Numbered from the stretch's first letter, positions 12,364 through 22,062 are shown. The stretch: 64,000 nt of DNA from Solirubrobacteraceae bacterium (GCA_035524415.1 DATKOY010000178.1:7204-71203), one strand, 5' to 3'. A program made the numbers and translations. Notes: a model not told the origin generated them from the sequence alone.

Positions 12364-12894
12364 CTAGGCCTGCGCGACTTGCTTTCGAAGTTGGTCCAGA
12401 CGGTTGCGGATCGAGGCATCGAGGATGAAGTTGCCGACGCGCAGGACGATGCCGCCGAGCACGTTGGGGTCGACCTTGCTCGAGAGCTCGACCGTGCGGC
12501 CGGTCTGCGCGCCGATCCGCTCGCCGATGCTCTTGACCGTCGACTCGTCGAGTGCGACGGCGCTCGTGACCTCGACCGGCAGCAACTGGTTCTCCTCGTC
12601 CCACAGCTCGTCGTACTGCGCGCGGATCCTGAAGATCGCCGGCATCCGGTGGCGCTCGATGAGCGCCTCGAGGAAGTTCATGAACTGCGCGTCGGCCCCG
12701 CTGAGCATGCGGTGCAAACCGTCCTTCTTCTCTTGTGTGGAGAAGTACGGCGAGAAGAAGAACACCGCCAGATCGCGGTTCTCGTTCAGCGCATCGGCGA
12801 ACTGGCCGAGCTGTTCGCGCACCTCGTCGGGGCGGCGGTGCTCCTTGGCCACCTCGAACAGGGAGCGCGCATAGACCTGTGCGATCTCTTCCAC
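12364..12894 (-). CDS. atpH: ATP synthase delta subunit
   Basis: YARSLF, VDPNVLGG...DASIRNRL; operon position. Confidence 0.93.
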   Translation of the reverse strand: MEEIAQVYARSLFEVAKEHRRPDEVREQLGQFADALNENRDLAVFFFSPYFSTQEKKDGLHRMLSGADAQFMNFLEALIERHRMPAIFRIRAQYDELWDEENQLLPVEVTSAVALDESTVKSIGERIGAQTGRTVELSSKVDPNVLGGIVLRVGNFILDASIRNRLDQLRKQVAQA

Positions 12895-12906
12895 GATCGG
12901 TTCTCG

Positions 12907-13446
12907 CTAGTTGTGGTCTCCGGGCGCCAGCGCGGTGAAATCGAGCTCGGAGAGCGCGTCTTCCACGAGGCGCCGCTGGTCGTCCTGCGTGAGCGTCTTG
13001 CGGGTGACCTTCTCGGTCGCCATCACGGTGAGGTCGGCGACCTCTCGCCGGATCTCCTGGATTGCGCGCCGGGTCTCGGACTCGATGTCCCGCCGCGTTT
13101 GTTCGAGCAGCTGCTCGCGCTTGGACGCCGCCTCGTGCAGTGCGTCGCGCTCGTGCACATCGGCGGCCTTGCGCGCGCGCTCGACGATCTCGTCCGCCTG
13201 TCCCCGGGCCTCGCGCAGCCGCTCGCGGTACTCCGCGAGCAGTTCGTCCGCCTCCTGGCGGGTGCGTTCGGCCGCGTCAATCGAGTCCTCGATCGCGTGT
13301 TGGCGGCGATCCAGCGCCTCGGAGATCCGGGGGAACGCGAGCTTGGCGAGCACGATGATCGAGATTCCAAAGAGCAGCAGCGTCCAGACCATCAAGCCCA
13401 CGTTGGGCGTGATCAGGAAACCGCCGCTGGAAGCAGTGACGGGCAT
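12907..13446 (-). CDS. atpF: ATP synthase F0 b subunit
   Basis: N-terminal TM then coiled coil; operon position. Confidence 0.92.
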   Translation of the reverse strand: MPVTASSGGFLITPNVGLMVWTLLLFGISIIVLAKLAFPRISEALDRRQHAIEDSIDAAERTRQEADELLAEYRERLREARGQADEIVERARKAADVHERDALHEAASKREQLLEQTRRDIESETRRAIQEIRREVADLTVMATEKVTRKTLTQDDQRRLVEDALSELDFTALAPGDHN

Positions 13447-13450
13447 CGGA

Positions 13451-13702
13451 CTACTTCAACACCCAGGACAGCAGACCGGCGACGAGGCCGTAGAAGAAGC
13501 ACGCCTCGGTGAGCGCGAACCCGAGCCACTGGATACTCGTGATCTCGTCGCGCATCTCGGGCTGGCGCGTGACCGCCTCGATCACCTTGCCGAAGATGAA
13601 GCCGATGCCGATTCCGGCGCCGACGGCGCCGAGTCCACCGCCGATCCCGATTCCAAGGCCCGCGCTGACGCCAGCCGCGATGTGAAAGATGGGTGCAAGC
13701 AC
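13451..13702 (-). CDS. atpE: ATP synthase F0 c subunit
   Basis: GAGIGIG, RQPE, FALTEA; GTG start re-called after AAGGAG. Confidence 0.93.
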   Translation of the reverse strand: MLAPIFHIAAGVSAGLGIGIGGGLGAVGAGIGIGFIFGKVIEAVTRQPEMRDEITSIQWLGFALTEACFFYGLVAGLLSWVLK

Positions 13703-13721
13703 GTACGTACTCCTTTTTGGA

Positions 13722-14612
13722 TCAGTGATGGGAGACCGCGCTGCCAAGGTAGATGGCAGACAGGGTGGCGAAGATGAACGCCTGCAGCGTGGCGACCAGG
13801 CCAAGCTCGAACAGGTACAGCAGGACGCCGGCCGGGAGCGTGAACCAGCCGAGCCAGCTCGCGCCGATGATCACCGCCAGACCGCCGGCCATGAACAGGA
13901 TGATCATGTGGCCGGCCAGGATGTTGGCGAATAGTCGGACGGTCAGCGAGATCAGGCGCATGAACAGCGAGATCACCTCGAGCGGCGCGATCAACAACAG
14001 GATCGGTCCGTGGACGCCCGAGGGGATCAGGCTCTTGAAGTAACCGAAGAATCCATGGGTCCTGAATCCCTCCCAGTTGAACGCGACGAACGTGACGAGC
14101 GCGAGCACGAGCGGCACCGACACGTTCGCCGTCGCCGCGTACAGCGCGAACGACGGGATCTGGGCACCGAACAGGTTGAACTTCTCCTCGGTGTTCGTCG
14201 GCAGCGGGATGTACCCGATCAGGTTGCAGTACCAGATGAACAGGAACAGCGCGCCGATGTACGGGAACCACCGGGCGGCCATCGAGTCGTCCATGTTTCC
14301 GCGCGTGATGTTGTCGCGCATCAGCGAGAACAGCACCTCCGTACCCGTCTGCACGCGGTTCGGACGCGCCCGCATTCGGCGAGCGACGAACATCATCGTG
14401 AAGATCGTCAACACCGCCGCGATGAACAGATACAGAACCGCGCGATTGATGCTGAAGACGCCGAGGTTGACCCAGTTGTCGAGCTTGAACTCGTTCTGAG
14501 GCTGGAACTCGTTGTTCTTGTGCGTCGTGACGCCGAAGATCAGCAGCAGCAGAATCAGCCCGAGGACGTAGAAGGCTCCGATTCCGAGCAGGATCTTCTT
14601 CGTGTTGCTCAT
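13722..14612 (-). CDS. atpB: ATP synthase F0 a subunit
   Basis: SLTVRLFANILAGH, LQAFIFATL. Confidence 0.95.
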   Translation of the reverse strand: MSNTKKILLGIGAFYVLGLILLLLIFGVTTHKNNEFQPQNEFKLDNWVNLGVFSINRAVLYLFIAAVLTIFTMMFVARRMRARPNRVQTGTEVLFSLMRDNITRGNMDDSMAARWFPYIGALFLFIWYCNLIGYIPLPTNTEEKFNLFGAQIPSFALYAATANVSVPLVLALVTFVAFNWEGFRTHGFFGYFKSLIPSGVHGPILLLIAPLEVISLFMRLISLTVRLFANILAGHMIILFMAGGLAVIIGASWLGWFTLPAGVLLYLFELGLVATLQAFIFATLSAIYLGSAVSHH

Positions 14613-14959
14613 CGCGACCTCGGTCTCGTTGACGCCGATACAGCGAGCTGGACGGTGAACGCAAAGACGATCACGAGCAGCGCCGTGAGCCCGGCGTCCT
14701 TGCCGGCGCCCTGCCGCACGGCGATCACCGTCAGCGCGAGCGCGAACAGGCGGCCGAGCATGTACGCGAGCCTGAGCGTGACCTGGCTCGACTGGTTCTT
14801 GGTCGCCGATGCCGCGTGCTCGACGGCGACCCCGATCGCTCGCAGCGCGATCCAGACGGCGCCGGCGATGCCGTACCCGGCCGCCGGCACGCCGATCAGC
14901 AGCATGATCGGCGCCGCCACGACGATCAGCACGACGTCGAAGTAGCGCAGAAGTGTCAC
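14609..14959 (-). CDS. AtpI-like 4-TM membrane protein
   Basis: Hydrophobic ~116 aa ORF overlapping atpB start; GTG start re-called. Confidence 0.7.
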   Translation of the reverse strand: MTLLRYFDVVLIVVAAPIMLLIGVPAAGYGIAGAVWIALRAIGVAVEHAASATKNQSSQVTLRLAYMLGRLFALALTVIAVRQGAGKDAGLTALLVIVFAFTVQLAVSASTRPRSR

Positions 14960-14963
14960 CGGC

Positions 14964-15167
14964 TCAGAGACCGCGGAAGCGCCTAGCGACAACGGCGATC
15001 CCCGCGAAGAATCCGACGACGAAGCCGAGCAGGAGCAGCGGCACGACCGCCCCGACGAGCGCGCCGAGCGCGGCGCCCACTGCGGCGCACATCGCATTGA
15101 CCGCAAGCATCAGGGCTCCGGCGCCCGCTGCGTCCCGTCCTGTGAATGGGGGACGGCTGTCTGTCAT
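14964..15167 (-). CDS. AtpZ/AtpI-family small 2-TM protein
   Basis: Two Gly-rich TM helices; first gene of atp operon. Confidence 0.65.
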   Translation of the reverse strand: MTDSRPPFTGRDAAGAGALMLAVNAMCAAVGAALGALVGAVVPLLLLGFVVGFFAGIAVVARRFRGL

Positions 15168-15182
15168 CGCTTTGACGAAACC

Positions 15183-15204
15183 TGTTCACGCTGTGTTCAC
15201 GCTG
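15183..15204. promoter_or_regulatory. Perfect 11-bp direct repeat TGTTCACGCTG x2 upstream of atp operon
   Basis: Seen directly; regulatory role is inference. Confidence 0.4.
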
Positions 15205-15337
15205 GGCACGGAGAGTGGAGGAGCCGGAAGGGTACCGGCGCGGCAACGGTCCGCCGTTCCCGGCAAGTCGCCGCAATGGCAGTCGGCGGAAACCCGCTTT
15301 TTCGGCGAGCCGACGAGGCCGCCAAGCTTAGCGGTTT

Positions 15338-17017
15338 TTAACGCAGCGAGAGCTTCGGTAGCTGACCCTCGGCCCACAGGGCCGCGATTCCGGCCCGCGG
15401 CAGTCCGAACGTCCCCTCGTACACGAGGAAGCGCGGCTCCCAGCGAGGGAAGAACTTCGCGTTGAAGCGGTACAGGCTCTCGATCTGAAAGAACCGGTTG
15501 CCAAGCGTGACGAGCTTGCCGAGCACGCGCTCGGAGCGCTTCTCGGGGCTGTGCATCCACCGCGCGAACGCGGCGAAGTTGAGCGACATCTCGGTCAGGC
15601 CCCGGTCCTTGAGCGACTCGACGGCCTTGACGACCATGAACTCGGTCAGGCCGTTCGGCGTGGCGGGATCGCGGCGCATGAACGACAGCGACACCGTGTC
15701 ACGGCCGTAGACGGGGACGAAATGCAGGACTCCGCTTACCGCGTCGCCCTCGTCGCGGGCGAGCAGGACGAGCGTGTCGTGACCCTCCGGGCCGCGGATC
15801 GAGTCCATCGCCATCGAGAAGCCGCGTTCCGGGGCGCCCTCGCGCCCGGCCTCGAGCACGCGATCGACCTGCGCGAGCGTGCCCGGGTTCAGCGCGCTCA
15901 GCTCGCACAGCTCGGCGCGGTACCCCGCCTTCGTGAGACGACTGACGGATTGGCGGATCTTGCGGATCGGGCGCCCCTCGAGCGAGAACCGCTCCAGGTC
16001 GATGATCGCTTCGTCGCCGAGGTAGAGGGTCTTGAGGCCGAGCTGCTCGTACAACGGGCACAGCCGCTCGCTGGCGCCGACCGCACCGAGCTTCAGTCCG
16101 CGGGTGTCGGCGAACCCCCGGAGGTCTGTGAGCAGGCGCTCGAAGGTCTCCGGCGGGCCGACCGGGTCGCCCGAGAGCAGCAGTACCCCGTTCTCGATCC
16201 GGTAGCCGACAAATGCGCTTCGGTCGGCGCTGAAGAAGTACTGCTTGTCCGCGCGCAGCTTGAAGAACGACAGCGTGTCAGTGCCGTAGTCGCGGACCAG
16301 CTGAGCCGCGGCCGCGCGCGCGCCCGGGCTCGGCAGCAGCCGCGGCGCGGCGAGCGGCCGGAAGATGACGTACGCGATCGCGACGATCGTGCCGAATTCG
16401 ATCACGTGGACGGCCAGCGGGATCCAGGCGAAATGGTGGTGGTAGTGGATCGGGCCGCTCTGCCACTGCAGCAGATCACCGGTCTCGTGGACGATCAACG
16501 TCATCGACGGGTGCCCCTGGGACGCCCATGTTGCCAGCGCGGCGGCTCCGAGACCGGCAAGGCCGATCAGAGGTACGCGCCAGATCGCCGAGCGCAGCGT
16601 GATCGGGTCGTGACGGACGGTGAACGCGCTCCCTCCGGCGAGCAGGATCGCCGCGGTCGCCCAGGTGATCGCGGTTTCCTCGAAGTCGAACCCCTTCAGG
16701 AGGTCGAACAGCCCGAGCACCAACATCAACACGATCGCCGCCTCCCACGCCCGGCGCCGGCGCTTGAGCAGGTAGGGCGCGACGACCAGCAGCGCGAGCC
16801 CCGCCGGCAACGCGAGTGCGTGGAACAGCCGCATCGCTTCGACCGGCTCGATATCGAGCAGCAGGTGGCCCCGCCAGCGGATGTTCGGCGTCAGCGCCGA
16901 GGCCGTGTTGACAAGCCCGACGAACGCCGCGGCAAGGGCGGCAAGGCGCGGCAGCCAGCGAGAGAAGCTTGGTGGGAAAACGCTCACAGAGTCCAGTCGA
17001 TACGGCCGTCGGTACAC
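15338..17017 (-). CDS. Aminoacyl-phosphatidylglycerol synthase domain protein (MprF/LysX-like, DUF2156)
   Basis: N-terminal TMs; DTLSFFKLRADK, GDPVG, LGDEA, ERGFSM, MRRDP..PNGLTE, SLYRFNAKF.PRWEPR. Confidence 0.88.
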   Translation of the reverse strand: MYRRPYRLDSVSVFPPSFSRWLPRLAALAAAFVGLVNTASALTPNIRWRGHLLLDIEPVEAMRLFHALALPAGLALLVVAPYLLKRRRRAWEAAIVLMLVLGLFDLLKGFDFEETAITWATAAILLAGGSAFTVRHDPITLRSAIWRVPLIGLAGLGAAALATWASQGHPSMTLIVHETGDLLQWQSGPIHYHHHFAWIPLAVHVIEFGTIVAIAYVIFRPLAAPRLLPSPGARAAAAQLVRDYGTDTLSFFKLRADKQYFFSADRSAFVGYRIENGVLLLSGDPVGPPETFERLLTDLRGFADTRGLKLGAVGASERLCPLYEQLGLKTLYLGDEAIIDLERFSLEGRPIRKIRQSVSRLTKAGYRAELCELSALNPGTLAQVDRVLEAGREGAPERGFSMAMDSIRGPEGHDTLVLLARDEGDAVSGVLHFVPVYGRDTVSLSFMRRDPATPNGLTEFMVVKAVESLKDRGLTEMSLNFAAFARWMHSPEKRSERVLGKLVTLGNRFFQIESLYRFNAKFFPRWEPRFLVYEGTFGLPRAGIAALWAEGQLPKLSLR

Positions 17018-17045
17018 CCTGCGCCGCGAGAGCCGATAGCAGGCG

Positions 17046-17215
17046 TATGGCGCGCCGCTGTCCGACGTTACGCTGGAATGTACAGCGCCGCGTGGCGATC
17101 GTTACGTCGGTGATCGTGGCAATCGTCACAGGTTGGGGCTCCTCGGCGGCGACCGGCGCGCCCTATCTGCCGCCGCCTGGCAAGGTGTTCGCGGGCGTCG
17201 CCGGGCAGCCCCACC
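17046..17215 (+). pseudogene. Probable truncated 5' remnant of a secreted protein gene
   Basis: Signal-peptide-like RRVAIVTSVIVAIVTGWGSSAATGA then YLPPPGKVFAGVAGQP, after which the frame degenerates into antisense of the MFS gene. Confidence 0.35.
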
Positions 17216-17272
17216 GTGGAGCCACTCATCCGAGGCGCACGCTGGGACAGCGACAAGCGCCCCGGTTTGAGG

Positions 17273-18520
17273 TTAGACCGCCTTCGCCGGCTCGGGGAGT
17301 TGTGCCGGCGCAACGGTGTCGTGCGGCTGTCGGCCCGGCAGGAACCACGTCAGGATCAGCGCCAGGACCGGCAGGACGACGAGCAGTTCGAACACGGCTT
17401 TGAGTCCGTGGGCGTCGGCGATCAGCCCGAGCAGCGGCGCGCCGACGCCGCCGAGACCGATCGACAGCCCGATCGTGACGCCCGCGGCGACGCCGAGACG
17501 GCCGGGCAGGTACTCCTGCCCCATCACGATCGTGACCGCGAACGTCGCGATCGTCGCCGCTCCGGTCAGGGCCGCGATCACGACGCCCAGCGCCGGCCCC
17601 GCCACCAGGAACGCGGCGATCAGCGGCGGCAGCAGGATCATCGACCCGGTGAGCACGGTGCGGCGGCCGACGCGATCCGCCAGCGGGCCGCCGACGAGCG
17701 TCCCGACGGCGCCGCCGAGCAGCATCGCCGCCAGCGCCGTGTTCCCGTAGGCCTTGCTGACGTGTTGGACGTTGACATAGAACAGCGGGATGAACGTGAC
17801 CAATCCGAAGTAGACGAACGAGCGCAACGCGATCACGCCGGCCAGCAGCGTGAACGGCCCCCACGCCTCGTGGTGATCGCCCTTCTGGACGCGCCCGGCC
17901 ACGACATCGGTGCGGAATGTTCGCAGCCGCGGCAGCTCGTGCGCGAGGACGGCCGCCATCACGCACGTCGGGATCAGCACGAACACCGTGCCGCGCAGGC
18001 CGAAGATCAGCATCAGCGGGGTCACGAGCACCGGCCCGAGCGCAAACCCGATGTTGCCGCCGACGCTGAACAGGCTCATGCCGCTCGCGCGGCGGGCGCC
18101 CGACACGTAGTTGGCAAACCGCGATCCCTCGGGGTGGAACGCGGCGACGCCGATGCCGCTCACGACGATCGCGGCGAACGTGAGGGCGTACGTCGGCGCC
18201 CAGCCCGCGAGCGCGACGCCGAGGCCTCCGAGCGCCGGGCCGAGCGGCATCAGCCACGGCAGCGAGAGGCGGTCGGAGACGTGACCGAACAGCGGCTGGA
18301 TCACGCTGCTGGAGATCGTCGCCGCGAGCACGAGCGCCGACGCGGCGGCGTAGCTCAGGTGGTCCTTCGCGATCAGGAACGGCAACAGCGCCGGGATCGC
18401 GCCCTGCGCGATGTCCGTGAACATGTGGCCGGCGGACAGGGTCGCCATCGCGCGCCGGTCAACGCCCGCGCGCGCGGCGCCGGCGGCGCCCACGGACGCG
18501 GCGCCCGTGGGCGGTGTCAC
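17273..18520 (-). CDS. MFS transporter, Fsr (fosmidomycin-resistance)-like
   Basis: QPLFGHVSDR, AAFHPEG, SLFSVGGNIG, GPLADRVGRR; ~12 TM. Confidence 0.85.
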   Translation of the reverse strand: MTPPTGAASVGAAGAARAGVDRRAMATLSAGHMFTDIAQGAIPALLPFLIAKDHLSYAAASALVLAATISSSVIQPLFGHVSDRLSLPWLMPLGPALGGLGVALAGWAPTYALTFAAIVVSGIGVAAFHPEGSRFANYVSGARRASGMSLFSVGGNIGFALGPVLVTPLMLIFGLRGTVFVLIPTCVMAAVLAHELPRLRTFRTDVVAGRVQKGDHHEAWGPFTLLAGVIALRSFVYFGLVTFIPLFYVNVQHVSKAYGNTALAAMLLGGAVGTLVGGPLADRVGRRTVLTGSMILLPPLIAAFLVAGPALGVVIAALTGAATIATFAVTIVMGQEYLPGRLGVAAGVTIGLSIGLGGVGAPLLGLIADAHGLKAVFELLVVLPVLALILTWFLPGRQPHDTVAPAQLPEPAKAV

Positions 18521-18957
18521 TCCGAGAGCTCCTTCAGCCGCCGGTGCACGAGGCGGCGCTTGTCGACGAGCTCCTTCTCGAGCTGCTCCAGCTCGCGCCG
18601 GCGTCCGCGCACGAGGTCGAGCTGAGTGGCAATGTGTCCGAGCGATTGAGTGAGCAGCTCCTGGCGGATCGCGGGGTCCTCGGTCTGCTGATACTCCCGT
18701 CGGATCTCGGCTCGCGCGGTTTCGGCATCGAGCAGCGTCGAGAGCTGCTCGAGCGAGAGACCGAGCAGGTCGCGCAGCCGCACGATCTCGTTGATCCGGT
18801 CGACGTCGGCCTCGGTGTAGCAGCGGTGCTTGCCCTGCGTCCGGTCCGCTGCGCCGGGCAGCAGGCCGATCTCCTCGTAGTAGCGGATCGTCCGCGGGGT
18901 CGTCCCTGTCAGCTCGGCGACCTCGCCGATCCGCAGCCGCTCAGCGGTGGCGCTCAT
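18517..18957 (-). CDS. MerR family transcriptional regulator
   Basis: LRIGEVAELTGTTPRTIRYYEEIGLL; ATG at 18957 overlaps upstream stop. Confidence 0.92.
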   Translation of the reverse strand: MSATAERLRIGEVAELTGTTPRTIRYYEEIGLLPGAADRTQGKHRCYTEADVDRINEIVRLRDLLGLSLEQLSTLLDAETARAEIRREYQQTEDPAIRQELLTQSLGHIATQLDLVRGRRRELEQLEKELVDKRRLVHRRLKELSE

Positions 18958-20498
18958 GACTGCGCGAGCTCCGGTTGTGCGATCGCCGGCTCGGGAACGA
19001 CGTGCTTGGGCCGGGCGGCGGCGACGAACGCGCCCAGGACCGAGATCGCGCAGAGCGTCCACAGCGCGGTGTGCATGTTCGCGATGAACGGCGTCAGCTG
19101 CTCGTTGGAGATGTGGTTGGCAAGCCCGGAGAAGACCTCGAACAGCACGGTCTTCGGCACCGATGAGGTGACGACGGCGAGCACGAACGCGATCGAGATG
19201 ACCGCGCCGGTGTTCTGCACGAGCACGCGGGCGCCGGCCGCGATCCCCCGCCGGTGCGGGGCGACGACGCCCATCATCGCGGCCGTGTTCGGGGAGTTGA
19301 ACATGCCGCTGCCGAGGCCGACGATGAACATGAACGCGCCGCTCGCGGCGTACGTCGTGTCGCGTTGGAGCGTCGTCATCAGCGCGAGCCCGAGCGCCGT
19401 CACGAGCATTCCGGCGACGGCCATCCCGCGCGAGCCGCGGCGGTCGGCCCAGATCCCGGCGAGCGGCGATGAGATGAGCATCCCGATCGCGAGCGGGGCC
19501 AGCTTGATCCCCGCCAGGATCGGCGAGTCGCCCTGGACGCCCTGGAAGTAGAAGACGAAGACGAACATCAGTGCGAACCGCGCCAGCCCGTTGATGAAGG
19601 CGGCGGCCGAGGCGGCCGAGAACAGCCGGTTGCGGAAGATGCTCAGGTCGAGCATCGGCGCGCGATGGTGGCGCTCGATCACGACGAACGCCGGCAGGAA
19701 GACGGCCGCGGCGACCAGGCCGCCGATCACGACCGGCGAGTTCCAGCCGGAGATCCCGCCCTTCGAGATCCCCAGCACAAGCCCGGTCAGCCCGATCAGG
19801 AACGTGATCGTGCCCAGCGCGTCGAATTGCGTGTCCTGCGAGCGTCCCGTGATCTCGTGCAGGATCAGCGCCGCCCACAGGCACCCCACGAGCGCGAACG
19901 GCACGTTGAACCAGAACACCCAGTGCCAGCCGATCGCCACGAGCGCGCCGCCGAGCACCGGGCCGATCACGAGCCCGACCGCGGCGACCATCGTGTTCGT
20001 CCCCATCGCCAGGCCGAGCTGCTCGCGCGGGAACGAGTCCGTGACGATCGCCGCGGCATTCGCAAACAGGAACGCGCCACCGATCCCCTGCAGGATCCGC
20101 CACAGGATCAGCTGCGTCCCGTTGGCCGCGAAGCCCGCCCCGAGCGACGCCACGGCAAACACGAGAAAGCCGGCGATGTAGGCCTGCTTGCGCCCGAACT
20201 GATCCGACAGCCGGCCCGCGCTCAGCACGAGCACCGTCGACGCGATCATGTACACGAGGATCACCCACACGAGCTCGAGCAGGCTCGTGTGCAGGGTCCG
20301 CTCGAGGTCCGGCAGCGCGATGATCAGCGTGCCCGAGTTGATCGTCGCGAGCAGCATCCCCAGGCTCGTGCACGACAGCGCCCACCACTTGTAGCTGTCG
20401 TGATGGGCGTGAACGCCGATGCGGCGAGCTCGGCGGCCCTGCGTGGGGGGAGCTTGCACAGTGGTCAGGACGATCCTCGGTTCGTGTCGCTGTCTCAA
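18954..20498 (-). CDS. MFS DHA2 (EmrB/QacA-like) 14-TM efflux transporter
   Basis: GRLSDQFGRK, GPVLGG, WVFWFNVP, PMLDLSIFRNR; exact start uncertain. Confidence 0.88.
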   Translation of the reverse strand: MRQRHEPRIVLTTVQAPPTQGRRARRIGVHAHHDSYKWWALSCTSLGMLLATINSGTLIIALPDLERTLHTSLLELVWVILVYMIASTVLVLSAGRLSDQFGRKQAYIAGFLVFAVASLGAGFAANGTQLILWRILQGIGGAFLFANAAAIVTDSFPREQLGLAMGTNTMVAAVGLVIGPVLGGALVAIGWHWVFWFNVPFALVGCLWAALILHEITGRSQDTQFDALGTITFLIGLTGLVLGISKGGISGWNSPVVIGGLVAAAVFLPAFVVIERHHRAPMLDLSIFRNRLFSAASAAAFINGLARFALMFVFVFYFQGVQGDSPILAGIKLAPLAIGMLISSPLAGIWADRRGSRGMAVAGMLVTALGLALMTTLQRDTTYAASGAFMFIVGLGSGMFNSPNTAAMMGVVAPHRRGIAAGARVLVQNTGAVISIAFVLAVVTSSVPKTVLFEVFSGLANHISNEQLTPFIANMHTALWTLCAISVLGAFVAAARPKHVVPEPAIAQPELAQS

Positions 20499-20502
20499 TG
20501 TG

Positions 20503-20524
20503 ATTCTTACGTAAACGTCAGAAT
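20503..20524. promoter_or_regulatory. Dyad ATTCTTACGT-AA-ACGTCAGAAT, probable MerR operator
   Basis: Near-perfect palindrome adjoining a TTGATA -35-like hexamer on the minus strand, upstream of the MFS-merR-MFS operon. Confidence 0.6.
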
Positions 20525-20555
20525 ATCAAGAGCCGGGTGGCCGGGGTTGTGCGAT

Positions 20556-20820
20556 GCGGTGCGGTGCGGTTGCAATCGCGGGCCTCCTGGGCCGAGCGTG
20601 CCGTTCGGGCTGCTGTCGGCTGGCGCCGAGTAGGGGCCTTCGGCCCGAACCGGGTGGGAGAACCGCTCGGTGATGGGCTGGGGAAGGGTGGGTGCTGGGC
20701 GCGACGGGCCTGCACAACGTGAAAAAGCTCCACGGCGTCACGACGTTTTGCCAGATAAGCACCGTGGCGGTGCCTTTCGTGAAAACCGTCGAACGCGGCG
20801 CGAACTTTTTCACGTTATGC
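20556..20820. repeat. Copy 1 of dispersed palindromic element (left arm plus 109-bp core 20712-20820)
   Basis: Core GCACAACGTGAAAAAG...CTTTTTCACGTTATGC and arm TCGGCTGGCGCCGAGTAGGGGCCTTCGGCC shared with 53705-54065. Confidence 0.85.
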
Positions 20821-20999
20821 CGCCCGCCGGGGCCGTCGCTCGCGACGGTTGCGCAGGCGCGTGTGCCGCGGACGGGACTCGCGCTCACGGCCGACCGCAC
20901 GACCAGGGCGGTCCGAGGGCGCCGGTCCCGTCAGGGGCGCACGTGCCGAAGCGGCAAGACACTGCGCCACCTGCTCACGACCCTCGAGGCAGCGCCCAC

Positions 21000-22061
21000 C
21001 TACTCGAACGCGGCGACCGTCCCCAGGATCACGAACGTCGCCACCAGGGCCGCCCCCTCGAACACCGACGCCTCGCCGTCGCCGGTGATCTGCCAGACGA
21101 TCACCGCGGTGCCGAACAGCGCGCCGATGTAGATCGGGTCGATCGCGAATGTGAGCGTCGTGGCGGTCAGCAGCGACACGATCACGAGCAGCGGGTAGAG
21201 AAACGCGGCGATCTGCGCGACCGAGTTCTTCACGACCGAGATCGCGAGGTCGGACCGGCCCTTGATCGCGAGCACGATCCCCGCGACGTTCTCGACGGCG
21301 TTGCCCGCGATCGCGACGATCACGAGCCCGGCGAACGCCTCCGAGATGTGGAGGGTGTCGATCGTCGGCTGGAGCGCGTGCACGAACCAGTCCGAGACGA
21401 ACGCCGAGGCGACGCCGGCAACGCTGAGCAGTACGACACTCGTGGTGATCGAGACGCGCGCGCTCTCGGCCTCCCCCTCGGGCCGCGTGTCGGAGCGCAG
21501 ATACCCGTGCACCCAGAGGCCGTAGACGATCAGGATCGCGACGGCGCCGATGATCGAGATCCCCTTCGTGTGGTGGCTGGCGGGATCGTGCGTCGCGGTC
21601 GCCAGCCCGATCAGCACGATGATGAACGTCGCCAGCAGCAGCAGCGTCGCGGTGTCGTTCGGCAGACGGGGGCTGAACCGCATCAGGCCGTCGCGTTCGC
21701 GGAGCGCCCCGGCAACGATCACGAGCCCGAGCACGAGCAGCGCGTTGACGAGGATCGACCCGAGGATCGCGGTCTGGGCGACGACGAGCTGGTGGGCGTT
21801 CAGGGCGAAGATCACGACGAAGAACTCCGGCAGGTTGCCGAGCGTCGACTGCATCACGCCGGTGATCGCCGGCCCGAACCGCTGGCCGACCTGCTCGGTC
21901 GCGAACGACACGACCCAGGCCAGGCCGGCGAGCGCGATCGTCGCCACGACGAACGCGAGCACCTGCGAAACGCCGCTCGCGTACCGAAGCACGCCGGCCA
22001 GCACGGTCGCCACCGCGATCCCGGCAAGGATCCCGACCTCTGCGCGCGTGAGGCCCTTCAG
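21000..22061 (-). CDS. Ca2+/H+ antiporter (CaCA family, ChaA/CAX-like)
   Basis: Alpha repeats GNLPE and GNAVE; start either GTG 22013 or CTG 22061. Confidence 0.88.
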   Translation of the reverse strand: MKGLTRAEVGILAGIAVATVLAGVLRYASGVSQVLAFVVATIALAGLAWVVSFATEQVGQRFGPAITGVMQSTLGNLPEFFVVIFALNAHQLVVAQTAILGSILVNALLVLGLVIVAGALRERDGLMRFSPRLPNDTATLLLLATFIIVLIGLATATHDPASHHTKGISIIGAVAILIVYGLWVHGYLRSDTRPEGEAESARVSITTSVVLLSVAGVASAFVSDWFVHALQPTIDTLHISEAFAGLVIVAIAGNAVENVAGIVLAIKGRSDLAISVVKNSVAQIAAFLYPLLVIVSLLTATTLTFAIDPIYIGALFGTAVIVWQITGDGEASVFEGAALVATFVILGTVAAFE

Positions 22062-22062
22062 C

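Noticed and set aside
13451-13702. Na+-translocating ATP synthase
   Set aside because: c subunit has E-A rather than the E-S/T plus Gln Na+-binding signature
15170-15200. Rex operator upstream of atp operon
   Set aside because: GTGAACAGGTTTCGTC matches only one half-site of TGTGAA-N4-TTCACA
18517-20388. 623-aa MerR fusion in the ORF track; likewise the 900-aa amine oxidase, 850-aa ligase and 644-aa WecA
   Set aside because: Over-extended starts running through neighbouring genes; better starts lie at the domain boundaries
20692-21132. ORFs here and at 53698-54267 share the peptide HNVKKL.GVT..C.ISTVAVPFVKTVE
   Set aside because: The similarity comes from the DNA repeat; arm and core are in one frame in copy 2 but in different frames in copy 1, which argues against coding
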